Below are positions 26,753-39,064 of a stretch of DNA of 64,000 nt, in pieces. Under the pieces are notes generated by a model. The model was not told where the DNA came from, ran no database searches, and saw only the letters and a program-made list of their open reading frames with translations. How positions within the stretch are numbered: the first letter of the stretch is position 1; every line of letters begins with the position of its first letter. A program made the translations under genes and the position numbers. Source of the stretch: Callorhinchus milii (Eukaryota). The stretch covers positions 71,736,001 through 71,800,000 of the forward strand of contig NW_024704742.1 in the NCBI RefSeq assembly GCF_018977255.1, in the 5' to 3' direction.

Positions 26753-27696
26753 TCCTTACATTTGGTACAGTGCCTTTCATATCAGGAGGTCAGAGGTCAT
26801 CCCAAAGCACTTATGGGATATATTGTAAAGTCTAGTGACTGTGTGTTTTGTGGGCGGACCACAGGCGAATGGACCTCTTCATTTGCTGTAAATTTCTGTG
26901 CTTCACCTGTAAAAAGTCACTGCACCTGTAAGTGATGCTGAGAGCTTTCAAGGTGTGATAAGGCGCTGTACCAATTGGAAAGGCCCTCCTCGCCGGTCTC
27001 CCCAGCTCCACTATCCAAAACATCCAACAATTCAGAACTCTACCACCCGTATTCTCACTCGCAGTAAACTCCGTACCATCACACCAGTCCTCGCCAGACT
27101 CCACTGGCTTCCTATCACAGAACGGATCAATTTCAAGATCCTCTCACTTGTCTACAAATCCCTTCATACCCTCGCACCTCCCTATCTCTCTGACCTGATT
27201 ACTTCCCACTCCACCACCTGCTGCTGAACTCAAGACGAGGCAAATTTAACCCCAGGGACACATTACCTCACCTGGGGACTGTCCCCAGGAATCGGGGACA
27301 TGTGGTCACCCTATGTGTACACCCTATGTGTGAGGTGGGGAGTGGTGGTTATGAGTATTGTGTATGTATGGACTGTATGTTGTGTGTGTGTAGGGAATGT
27401 ATATATGTGGGAGCATATGTGGGAACCAAAAACAATAATAAATTGATCATTTTCAATCTACGACTGTTTGTGGGACATTGCTGTGCGCAATTGGCTGCCG
27501 CGTTCGCCCACAAATATACAGTCAATTCACTTTACAGTGTGTTCTGTGAAACGCTTTGGGACGTCCTCCCGACGTGAAAAGCGCTATATCAAATGCAAGG
27601 ATTATCAAATGCAAGGATTATTATATGTGTGTGGGGGAGGGGGTGTGGTTGCATGTGTGTGATGGAGGGGTGTATGTGAGGGGGAGTGGAATAATA

Positions 27697-28066
27697 TAAT
27701 ATAATCCTTGCATTTGATGTAGCGCCTTGTCACATCTTCGAGACGTCTCAAAACGCTTCACAGAATATACTGTAAATTTACTGTAAATTTTGTAGACAAA
27801 ACGTGGCAGCCAATTGCACACAGCAGCATCCCACAAACACTTGTGGATTGAGTGAGCAAATTATTATTATTTTTATTTTGAAGGAATTATTATCCCCGGA
27901 AAAGTGATCTGCCAAACGACTAACAACCGGGTTCCTACTTACTGCTGGATAAGCAGAGGCGTGTAGAGTAAGGAAACTCGCCCAACGTTTCGCCCTGCCG
28001 GGAATCAAACCCAGGTTGTCGCGGTTGGGAAGCGAGTGCTCTAACCACTGAGCTGCAGGACTCCAC
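27697..28066 (-). mobile_element. tRNA-derived SINE, long variant
   Basis: A/B boxes, internal segment, tail. Confidence 0.85.
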
Positions 28067-28494
28067 AGGTTGCACGTGCATGAGGGAGGGTGTATGTGAG
28101 GGGGGTGTATGTGTGTGGGTGTGTGTATGTGGATGGAGGAAGTTCATATGTGTGTGTGTGGTGGGGGGATGGGGTGCGGGGTAAACAAGTCTCAGTAATA
28201 GCCCGCCCCGTGCGTTGAGGGAGTGGAGGAGTCGGCTGGTGGAGATTGGCAGATTGATCGCATTAAGGGCTTTCTGATTCCTGGCTATTGGCACCAAAGC
28301 TTCATTAATGAGGACTGACCCAAATGTGCAGTCCTAGAGGATTAAAAGCTCTGTAATGATCTAATACAGCGATGGAAAGGCTGAATGGCCTCTCCGGGCC
28401 CCGGGAATAACTGCTGACCCCAGGCACTCCTCACTGCTGCTTAATCTCCATCACACACACAGCTCCGTGTGGCTAGAGTTAGAGTGCGTGTCAG

Positions 28495-28915
28495 TCTGGT
28501 AGGAATCTTGCCCCTGTGTCAGAAGGTTGTGGGTTCAAACCCCACATCGGGACTTGGAATCAAACAGTCTAAGCTGACGCTCCAATGCAGTGCTATGGGG
28601 TGTTGCGTTGTCGGAAGCGCCATCCTTCAGATGAGACATTAAACCGAGCTCTTGTCTGTGCCTGTTCAGGTGGACGTTAAAGATCCCGCGGCACTTTTGA
28701 AGAGAAGGGAGTTTCGCTCTCCCGGTGTCCTGGCCGACAATCCCCCAAATAAAAAAGATCGCTCACTGCGCTGCTGTTTGTGGGACAATGCTGTGCACAA
28801 ACTGACTGCTGCGTTTCGCCCACAAAATACACAGTCACTACACTTTAAGTGTATCCTGTGAAGCGCTTTGAGATGTCTCAACAGTGTTCTAAGGCGCTAT
28901 ATCAAATGCGAGGAT
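28495..28915 (+). mobile_element. Deu-domain SINE (SacSINE1/AmnSINE1-like)
   Basis: tcagaaggttgtgggttcaa head and the Deu core cttcagatgagacattaaaccgag...tcaggtggacgttaaagatccc...cccggtgtcctggcc. Confidence 0.8.
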
Positions 28916-29412
28916 TTGAGATGTCTTGACGACATGATGAGGCGCTGTATCAAATGTAAGGATTATTATTACAGAGGTCTAAGTGTAGATGCAGGAAGTC
29001 TAAGCTATCAGATATTGGAGGTTAGAGGCAATGAAGCAAAGAACTCTTCACTCTGTTTAGAGCACTGCAAACTGCCATGAAGGGAAGGAGCGATTTTACC
29101 TGAGGAACTGTCAGCCAGGACACTGGGAGAGAGAAACTACCTTCTCTCTTCTGAGATTGTCACAGGATCTTTAACATCCTCCTGAGCAGGACCTCGGTTT
29201 TAATGCCTCCATATCGGTCTGTCCGCTCCCACCGCTCAACCGGCCACGGCCTGCTCCATCTCCCCCATCTTGTCTGCTCTACCATTGGTGGGCAGGTCTT
29301 CAGCCTCTCTGCCCCCCATCCTTTTGAACTTCATCCGGCAGTCTCTTCGCCTCGCTCCCTCCGTTGCCTCCTTCAAGGCCGTCTCAAGCTCCTCCTCTTT
29401 GACTGCACCTTC

Positions 29413-30714
29413 GGTCACCCTTCTATGACTACCTTCGTGGCGCACCATCCCTCCTGATCTCAACCCCTAGCTCGGGTGTAAATCCCTGACTGTCCAGGAC
29501 CTTGGAACGTCCTCCCAATGCAAAAACCACTGTGTAAATGTAATTTGTTGTTGTTGCCATTGTCTCATCCAAAAGTCTCTAACAATGCGGTCTGCCCCCA
29601 TTACTGCGCTGGAGAGAGCGCGGAGACTGCCAGGTCAAAGTGCCCGTTGTGGGGCTTGAGCCCATGACCTCCTGACCCAGAACCGAGAGTGCTAGCGTCT
29701 GAGCCACGCGCAGGTGACCCAACGTCACCTCTGCTCTGACCTGCCGGTGACCCTTTGCTTAAACAACCGTGTCTGGGAGCCTCGCTAATCACTGGCGAAT
29801 TCCAGGTAGATTAACGGCTCATTACAGAGGTTGTCACCTAAATCCCAGCTCACTGAAGCCTAATTTACTCTGACTCTGTTTTTCTTGGCTGCTGTATACT
29901 TGTGCTCAGTGTTGGTCACACAAACTGTGAGATCTCCCAAATACTGTACCAACTGGTCATGTAATAATAATACTAATCCTTGCATTTGATGTTGCACCTT
30001 ATCACATCATTCAGACGTCTCAAAGCGCTTCACAGAATATAACGTAAAAACAATTTGTTTTGAAGATTATTCCCCCCCGACCCTGGAAAGCGATCAACCA
30101 ATCGACTAACAACTGGGTTTCTACTTACTGCTCGGTAAATAGAGGCGTGTGGAGTAAGGAAACTTGCCTATGGTTTCGCCAGCGTCTAACCATTAAACTA
30201 TAGGACTCCACTGTAAGCACCATCCCTGCCCGATCTCTTGTGATCTGGCCTTTCGGTCAGAAAGTCATAGGATCACATCGGAGACTTTAAACTCAGTCAA
30301 GATTGATGCTCCAGGGCAGTGCTGGGCCGAAGCTGGATTGTTGGACGTTTCATCCTTCAGATGAGACGTTAAACCAAGCTCCCACCAGCCGGCTGTCTGA
30401 CATGTGGAAACCCATCCCATGCTTTAAGAGTATCCAAACCAAGCTGAGAATTCCATGTATCCCACCTACCATGGAAATCCCAGAGATAGATTATTGAATG
30501 GAATGCACTCTCCCTGGAGGGACACATCCTGTTTACCTAATTCCAGAGGGTATCAGGCACAGGTTGGCAAGAGACAAGGATTGGGGACCCCAGAGTGTGC
30601 GTTGGGGTAACTGCTGGAGTCTAACCATCTAAAACCACATGGCTTGCCATTTAGAGCACTGTTTGGCTTGTCCACCTAGGATCACCCTGCCCCTTAGGGC
30701 TTTGGCTTGCAGGG
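29413..30714 (-). repeat. Right arm of the inverted duplication, ending at the assembly gap
   Basis: Reverse complement of 23609-24913, with a few mismatches/indels near the gap end. Confidence 0.95.
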
Positions 30715-30739
30715 NNNNNNNNNNNNNNNNNNNNNNNNN
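30715..30739. other. Assembly gap (25 N)
   Basis: Run of N. Confidence 1.
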
Positions 30740-32826
30740 CCTCCCTCCCTCCCACACTCCGACTCCTACCCATCCTCCCCTACACACTTTCGTATCCGTT
30801 TCCCCACTCTCTGTCACCAAACTCATCCTATCCCTAAAACCCACCACCTGCTCCCTTGACCCCATCCCCACTCCACTCCCTATCTCTCAGCTTCACCTCC
30901 TTACCCCACATATCACAGACATCATCAAACTGTCCCTCTCCTCTGCCTCTGTTCCCATTCCCTTAAAAACTGCCACCATCACTCCCACTTTGAAAAAATC
31001 CTCCCTTCATGCATCGCAGCTATCAAGCTACCGGCCCATCTCCAACCTCCCCTTCCTGTCCAAGGTCCTGGAACGAGTTGTTGCCTCCCAACTGCGCTCT
31101 TTCCTCTCCACCCATTCATTATCCAAACCCCTTCAGTCGGGTTTCCGTGCTGCCCATAGCACAGAAACTGCCCTGGTCAAGGTCACCAATGACATCCTGA
31201 CCATCTGTGACCAGGGCTCCCTCTGCCTCCTCGTCCTATCGGCAGCATTCGATACGGTCAACCACTCTATCCTCCTCCACCGCCTGTCCTCCCACCTCAA
31301 CCTGTGGAGTCCTGTAGCTCAGTGGTTAGAGCACTCGCTTTGCAAGTGAGAGACCTGAGTTCAATTCCAGGCAGAGGGCGAAACCTTGGGCAAGTTTCCT
31401 TACTCCACACAGAGCCTAATAATAATCCCTCCAAAACCAAAAACAATAATAAATTGGTTATTTTCAATCTTCGACTGTCTGTGGGACATTGCTGTGCCCA
31501 ATTGGCTGCTGCGTTCGCCCACAAATATACAGTCAATTCACTTTACAGTGTGTTCTGTGAAGCGCTTTGGGACGTCCTCCCGACGTGAAAAGCGCTATAT
31601 CAAATGCAAGGATTATTATTATTATTATTATTAAGCTTCAAGGCCCTGTCCTTGAGTGGTTTAGGTCGTACCTCTCCCACCGTCTTCACTATGTTTCCAC
31701 GAACGGCTTTTCCTCCACCCTCGCACTGTCTCATGCGGTGTCCCTCAGGGCTCTGTCCTCGGTCCCCTCCTCTTCACCCTCTATATGCTCCCCCTGTGGT
31801 GACATCATCCGCAGACATGGGTTAACTTCCACATGTATGCGGATGACACCCAACTCTACCTTTCCTCCTCTACCCTCAACTCCACGACCACCGATGTCCT
31901 GACAGCTGCCTGTCCGACATCGAGTCCTGGACGAGAGACAACTTTCTTCAGCTCAACGTGCGCAAAACTGAGGCCCTCCTGATTGGCTCACGTCAGCGCC
32001 TCCGCACCTCAGGCGCTGACACCATCAGCATCCAAGGCTGCACTCTCCACCTCTCAAAGCCATCAGGAACCTCGGGGTTCTGTTCGACCCTGAGCTGTCC
32101 TTTCTCCCTCATATCCGCACCACAACTGGCACCGCCTTCCATCACCTCCGGAACATCGCCAGACTACGGCACTACCTCACCCCTCACGCGGCTGAAACTG
32201 GTCCACGCCTTTATCACCTCAAGGCTGGACTATGGGAACTCTCTCCTCGCCGGCCTTCCCGCCACCTCCCTCCACACTGCAGGTCATTCAGAACTCTGCA
32301 GCTCGTGTACTGTCCCGCACCAGACACCGCGACCACATCACTCCCACCCTCGCTCGCCTCCACTGGCTCCCCATCCCCCAGAGGATCGAATTCAAGATCC
32401 TCATCCTCACCTACAAGGCCATTCACGGCCTCGCTCCCTCCTACCTCTCCGACCTACTATCCCCCTACCTACCTGCCCGTACCCTCCGTTCCTCTGGCTC
32501 CGGTCTGCTCCACATCCCCCGCCCCAACCGCCCTACCATCGGTGGCCGGGCCTTCAGCCTCTCAGCCCCGAGGCTCTGGAACTCCATCCCCCAGTGCCTT
32601 CGCCGCTTCCTCCCTTTCCTCCTTCAAGGCCGGTCTCAAAACCTTTCTCTTTGACCGAGCCTTCAGCTCCCCTCTCGACTCTCTACCCCCTCCTCGCTCC
32701 CTCCCTTCCCTCCCCTCACCCTGACCATTTCCCCCCCCAATGCTCGGGTCCTGACCCAACTGTCCAGCGCCTTGGGACGTCCTCCCGACGTGAAAGGCGC
32801 TCTATAAATGAATCTTGTTGTTGTTG
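30740..32826 (+). mobile_element. L2-clade LINE, RT domain to 3' end, frameshifted, interrupted by a SINE
   Basis: YRPISNLPFLSKVLERVV, QSGFRAAHSTETALVKVTND, SAAFDTV, YADDTQLY, SRLDYGNSLL, LHWLPI motifs; 3' stem-loop plus (GTT)n tail. Confidence 0.9.
31304..31632 (+). mobile_element. Young tRNA(Ala-like)-derived SINE with L2-type tail, short variant
   Basis: GGAGTCCTGTAGCTCAGTGGTTAGAGC A-box, GTTCAATTCC B-box, TTGGGCAAGT core, stem-loop tail, (ATT)n end; inserted inside an L2. Confidence 0.9.
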
Positions 32827-33495
32827 TAGAGACAAAGTTATCAAACCTGAATCTTCTGTCTGCATGCACTTCAGTCTCACTTGAACTAGTGAACTTTATG
32901 ACTACTTGTGGGAGCTTATTACATGCAAATTGCCTATTGCGTTTGCCAATAAAACAGTCGCTATTAGACAAATAATTTCTGTGATGTGCTATTGGTCTTT
33001 GATGTCATAGCCATTGAATCTAATAATGACAAACCTTGCATTTGATACAGTACCTTACCAAGTTCTCCAGATGTCTCAAACAGCTTCACAGGACTTACTG
33101 TAAAGTGTTGTGATTATGTAGGTGAATACAACAACAACAACAATAACAAGATTCGATTTATAGAGCGCCTTTCACGTCGGGAGGACAGTACCAATTTGCA
33201 CACAGCAATGTCCCATTGCAACCATGAAGTGAGTGACTGATTTTATTTGGGGTATTGTTGGCCAGGACACCGGAAGATACTCCCTTCTTTTTTTCAATAG
33301 CACCGAGGGATCTTTAATGTGCACCTGAACAAGCAGACAGGACACCTCATCCGAAAGGTGGGGCATTGGGATTAAACGATGATGTTCTAATTAACTGGTG
33401 GAACAGACTGGAGTGACGGCTGATCTGCCGGTCCTTATGATTCATTCCCAGCAGCGGGACTGACTTCTGACTGTCCAGATGTTAATGCCCTATTT

Positions 33496-33514
33496 TGTCC
33501 ACTAGGTGGCAGTA
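33496..33514 (+). promoter_or_regulatory. Strong CTCF motif
   Basis: TGTCCACTAGGTGGCAGTA matches the CCASYAGRKGGCRS core. Confidence 0.5.
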
Positions 33515-34229
33515 AAGGCTGAGAAATTCTTACCAGACAGGACCTGAAGTGTACAGCAACTCTCTCTCCCCTCCCCGACTTGTACACAGGCCCCCATACG
33601 CGATATCAAAGGCAAGGATTATTATTTCATAATAAGTGTATTCAAAGTGTGTTTGGAGACAGCTCAGAGACCACTAGTGAGCTTGAAATCCCTCTCGGCT
33701 CTGTCTGAGCAGTGCAGCACTAACCCTAATTTGCAGATCCTAACAAATCATTTATTACAAAGCAGCAAACTTCACGAACACAACTTTCAACGGGAGTCCC
33801 ATAGCGTAGTTGGTAGAGCGCTCGCCTCGCAAGCGAGAGGACCCTGGTTCAATTCCTAGTGATCTTAAACCTGTGGCTCTCGTAACTGACTGACTGGCTG
33901 GAAGCAGGAGAACACAAATTTAAGATATTCACACAAGTAATTAAAGTGGCAGCTATTAATATTTATTATTAACAGATAAATTATTGCAAAACAGCAAAGT
34001 GCTCATTTAATCTAGAATCCTAAGGTGTTTCTGAGAGTCGTGGTGCATTACTGATCGGGTGGTTGGGGGAGACTGCAAGTGAGTGGGGGTGTCACCGGGC
34101 AAAGTGATTTCAGGAAGAGAGTTCCCGAATATGTTTACCAATGTACACTTCACAAACTCCAATGGCCTCAATCAGATCCCCTTCAAAACAACACCAACCC
34201 TTGCAATTGATTCAGTGCAAGATGTTAGA

Positions 34230-36055
34230 CTTCCTCAAATCCAAAATCAAGGGGATTCATTTGGCTACTTCTCCCACGTTCACCGCCACCCCCTCATGGC
34301 CCAGCCCCCACCAATCCCTCCCTATCCACCTTCAACCCTGTCTCCCCCTCTTCCCTCACCTCCATCATTTCAAAAATGAAACCCACCACCTGCTCCCATG
34401 ACCCCATCTCCATCTCCATGTCCCAGCTCCACCTCCGGGCCCCTCTTTTAACTGTCATTTTCACCCTCTCCTTATCCACTGCCACTGTGCTCACCCCCAA
34501 AAACAGCTGTCATGAACCCCACCCTCAATAAACCTTCCCTGGACCCATCCCTACTCTCCAGCTGTTGTCCCCTCCTGCTTCCGACCTGTCAGTCAGTGCT
34601 CTCCTAGGCCCTGGAACAAGTCATCACATCCCAGCTTCATTCTTTCCTCTCCCACCATTCCCTCTTTGAAACCCTCCAACTTTGCCCACAGCACGGAAAC
34701 GTCCCGGGTCAAAGTCACTAATGACTTTCTGAACATCTGTGACCTGGGCTCTCTCCACCTCCTTGTCCTCCTCGACCTCTCTGCTGCCTCCGACACTGTC
34801 GACCATTCTATCCTCCTACATCGCCTTTTTTCTCAGCTCAGTCTCACGGATCTGTCCTTGCCTGGTTCAAATCCTCCCTCTCCCACTGTCTCCTGTTTGT
34901 TGCCACTAATGGCTTCTACTCCAATCCCCGCACCGTCACGTCTGGCGTCCCTCAGGGCTCTGTCCTTGGTCCTCACCTCTTCAGTATCTCTATGCTCCCT
35001 CTTGGTGACATCATCCACAAACATGGGGTTAACTTCCACATGTATGCGGATGACATCCAACTGTACCTCTCTGTCTCCACCCTCGACTCCAGGACCACTG
35101 CTGTCCTCACTGACTGCCCATCGGACATCAAGTCCTGGATGAGAGCAAACTTCCTATAGTTGAAGTGAACAAGACCGAGCGAGGCCCGCCTGCTTAGCTC
35201 CTGTCCTCCGGCACTGACAGCATCTCCCTCCCAGGATGCACTCAACATCTCACTGAGCTAATATGGAACCTCGGCGCCCTGTTCGACCTTCAACTTTCCT
35301 TTCTACCCCACATCCATGCCATGACCCGCTCCGCCTTCCCCCAGCTCCGCCACTCTCTCACATCGCAGGCCGCCGAGACCCTCATACACTCATTCATTAC
35401 ATCGAGGCTTGACTATGCAAACTCCCTGCTTGTCGGCCTCCCTAACTCCGTAGGCTGCAGATCATCCAGAACTCTGCAGCCCGTGTCCTCTCCCAGACCA
35501 GGCTCCGTGACCCTATCAACCCCATCTTCACCCGACTCCACTGGCTTCCCATCACACAGAGGATACAGTTCAACAACAATAACAAGATTACATTTGTATA
35601 GCGCCTTTAACTTCGGGAGGACGTCCCAAGGCACTTGACAGTGTGCATTCAAGATCCTGCTCCTCACTTTCAAAGCCCTCCATTGTCTTGCACTTCCCTA
35701 TCTCTGTGATCTCCAAACCCCATACCAACCTGCTCGCTCCCTCCGCTGGCTCTGGCCTGCTTCACGTTCCCTGCCTCGCCGACTCCACCATTGGCAAGCG
35801 GGCCTCCAGCCACTCTGCCCACACCCTCTGCAACTCCACCTCGCAGTCCCTCCGCCTCGCCCATTCCCTTGCTTCCTTCAAAACCCGTCTCAAGACCCTC
35901 CTCTTCGACCGTGCCTTCGGTCACCCTCCTTCCCCCCTGTCCTCCACCTCCCCGATCCCACCCCCAGCTCGGATCCAAAACACTGATGGTCCAGCGCCTT
36001 GGAACGTCCTCCCAACATGAAAGGCACTATACAAATGTCATTTTGTTGTTGTTGC
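34230..36055 (+). mobile_element. Older L2-clade LINE RT fragment
   Basis: HSTET/KVTND/LLDLSAA motifs, YADD, SRLDYANSLL, 3' tail with (GTT)n; small inverted tail insertion near 35570-35645. Confidence 0.85.
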
Positions 36056-36489
36056 CTTTCGCGTCACAAGGACGACTCAAAGCGCTTCACAGACTCTGTG
36101 AAGTGTAGGGACAGTGCTTTGTAGACAAACGCAGCAACCAATCACAGTATCGTCGTCACAAACAGCTGTCAAGTGAATGAGCTGTTTTATTTTGTGTTCC
36201 CAGTGACTTCTGTTTGTGTTTTCATTGTATCTGGGGATTGTTGGCCAGGACACCGGGAGAGTGAAACTCCCTTCTCTTTTCCAACAGCGCCGCAGGATCT
36301 TTATCCACCTGAACAGGCACAGACGGGAGCTCGGTTTAACGGCTCATCAGAAAGATGGTGTCTCTTACAATGCAGCGCTCCCCCCAGAACTGCAACAGAG
36401 CATCATCCAAGCTGTGAGGCTTCAACCTACAACCTTTTGATTCAAGAGGTGAGAGTGCAAATGACTAAGCCAGGCTGACACAATATCCA

Positions 36490-36985
36490 TCAAACTGAAG
36501 AAGGATACGGAGGAGGGCAACCAAAATAATTGAGGTGATGGAGGGACTGGACTATGAGGAGCGATTGGGTAAACTGGGCATATTCACACTGGAGACGAGG
36601 AGGTTGAGGGATGATATGATAACGGTCTTTAAGATTGTGAAGGGACTAGACAATGCATGGTAAGCTGTTTTATCTTGTACTGAACAGTAGAACCAGAGGA
36701 CACGGCCTGCGATAGAAGGGGGGTAAATTCAGAAAAAATCTGCGGAAACACTACTTCAGTGAGCGTGTTGTAAACATATAGAACAGGCTGCCTAGGGAGA
36801 CGGTGAAAACAGAAAATGTAGTTTGTTTCAAGAACAAATTAGATAGATTTCTGCTAGAAAAGAATATCTCGGGATTCAGTACATAGTTTGGGACACGACA
36901 TGTCAAGCGACTGCTAGGATGGAGGAAGGAGAACTGGATGGACCTTGGTCTTCCTTCGCCAGCAGATTCTTATGTTCTTATGTCC
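36490..36985 (+). mobile_element. CR1-like 3' fragment (related shorter copy at about 13230-13572)
   Basis: YEERLGKLGIFTLETRRLRDDMITVFK-like frame and terminal ttcttatgttcttatg repeat. Confidence 0.7.
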
Positions 36986-37141
36986 TAACCGCTCTGTTTA
37001 GTCCCACTGGCTCCCCTCCCCCAGCCTCAGATATCTCTCCTTGTCACATATTTATGCCAGAACTTGCCAACATCCTCCTTGTTGAGAAAGTCGCCTTCCT
37101 CTCTGTAGCTGGATTCCCTGAACTGTCAGGTTAGGGCTGTT

Positions 37142-37470
37142 TATAATAATAATAATAATAATCCTTGCATTTGATATAGCGCTTTTCACGTCAGGAGGAC
37201 GTCCCAAAGCGCTTCACAGAACACACTGTAAAGTGAATTGACTGTATATTTGTGGGCGAACGCGGCAGCCAATTGCGCACAGCAATGTCCCACAAACAGT
37301 CGTAGATTGAAAATGACCAATTTAATTATTGTTTTTGGTTTTGGAGGGATTATTATTAGGCTCTGTGTGGAGTAAGGAAACTTGCCCAAGGTTTCGCCCT
37401 CTGCCTGGAATTGAACTCAGGTCTCTCACTTGCAAAGCGAGTGCTCTAACCACTGAGCTACAGGACTCCA
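37142..37470 (-). mobile_element. tRNA-derived SINE, near-identical to 31304-31632
   Basis: Same diagnostic body and tail. Confidence 0.9.
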
Positions 37471-39064
37471 TGAGACGTGTGAACAGTGGCAACCCCCCAC
37501 ATTTATTATCTGGACGCCACCGGCCTCTCCCCTCCTCACAACAACAAGCCCCAATGTCAAAACAAGCCCACAAATCAGACAGATTAATCAGAGACCGGCC
37601 GGTGGCTGCTCGCTCACCAGTTACCTTGTGTACACTCAGGCTAACTCACTTACAGCAGAAACAGAACCATAAAGCCAGCTCTACTGTGGATATAACAGAG
37701 TGGATATGAGGGCTGTCTGTCTGCCCTGTGTGTTGGTGTGTCTGTGTGCTCTGTGTGTTTGTGTGTCTTCGTTCAGTGGGCTCCGGTCTGCTCCATATCT
37801 CCTGCCCGACCATCGGTGGCCGGGCTTTCAGCCTCTCTGCCCCCACACTCCATCCCACGGTCCCTTCGCCTCGCTTCCTCACTCGCCTCCTTCAAGGCCG
37901 GTCTCAAGACCCTTCTCTTCGATCGTGCCTTTGGTCTCCCTCCCACCTCTCTGCCTTCCCTCACCCCTACACCACCCCTCCCCCATGCTCGGCCCCCGAA
38001 ACCTGACTGTTCAGCGCTTTGGGACGTCCTCCCGACATGAAAGGCGCTCTATAAATGTAATTTTGTTGTTGTTGTTGTTGTGTACTCTGTGTGTTTGTGT
38101 CTGTTTGCTCTGTGTGTTTGTATGTCCGTTTGCTCTGTGTGTTTGTATGTCTGTGCTCTGTGTGTGTGTCTATCTGCGCGTTTGTCTGCTTTGTGTGTTT
38201 GTGTTTGCCCGGCTTCACTGGCTCCCCATTCCTCAGAGAATCAAGTACAAAACCCTTGTTCTTACCTTCAGGGCCCTCCATGGTCTTGCTCCCCCTAACT
38301 CTCCTACCTCATAACCCCATATCAACCTGTCCACTCCCTCCGCTCGGATTGATTCAGGTCCCCCGCACTTCCCACCCCACTATTGGCGGTCGGGCATTCA
38401 GCATCTCTGCCCCCACACTCTGGAACTCTATCCTGCAATCCCTCCACCTCTTCCGCTCTCTTGCCTCCTTCAAGTCCTGTCTGAAGATCTTCCCCTTCAG
38501 TCGTGCCTTCAGCCACCCTCCCATCCCCACCCCCCTGCCCTCCTCCCCTTCTGACCCCAACTCCCAGCTCGGGTCCAAAACCCCTGATTGTCCAACACCC
38601 TGAGACGTCTTTCCAAAGTGAAGGGCGCGGAACAAGTATGTTGTAGTGATGTATTGTCGTGACGAGGCGCTGGATCAAATGTAAGGATAGCAACACAGAA
38701 TAGGTTAGTAGATTTAAGACGGGAGTTTAATGGGGGGGGGAGAGGGAGGGGCAGACGGAGGGACTTCTGGAGGTTAGAGATGTTGTGACTGAAATCTTGG
38801 AGATGCTGGGAATGAGCCGCAGGCCTGTAGTTAGTCGAGCAGAGAGGTTGATTACATGGTTATCATTGGCCCAATAGAAAGGTGTGGCCGGACCTTTTCC
38901 GCCATATCGACCCTTGTCTGCCATAAACCTGCCATAAATGTAGGTTCTGGCCCGCGGGCCGCTCGCGCTGTTTACCTGACGTCAATGTGGGCAGAGCGGC
39001 TCGGGACACGCATGTGCAGTGCAATCAGAAAATGGGCGACACTCGGAGGCCCTGCTGTTGGGAT

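Noticed and set aside
31304..31380. tRNA-like sequences here and at many other sites
   Set aside because: SINE heads: no proper acceptor stem, and always followed by the SINE body and tail.
30639..32884. RT-like ORFs as an active LINE or domesticated gene
   Set aside because: Truncated at the gap, frameshifted and SINE-interrupted; ORF 30639-31349 reads through Ns.
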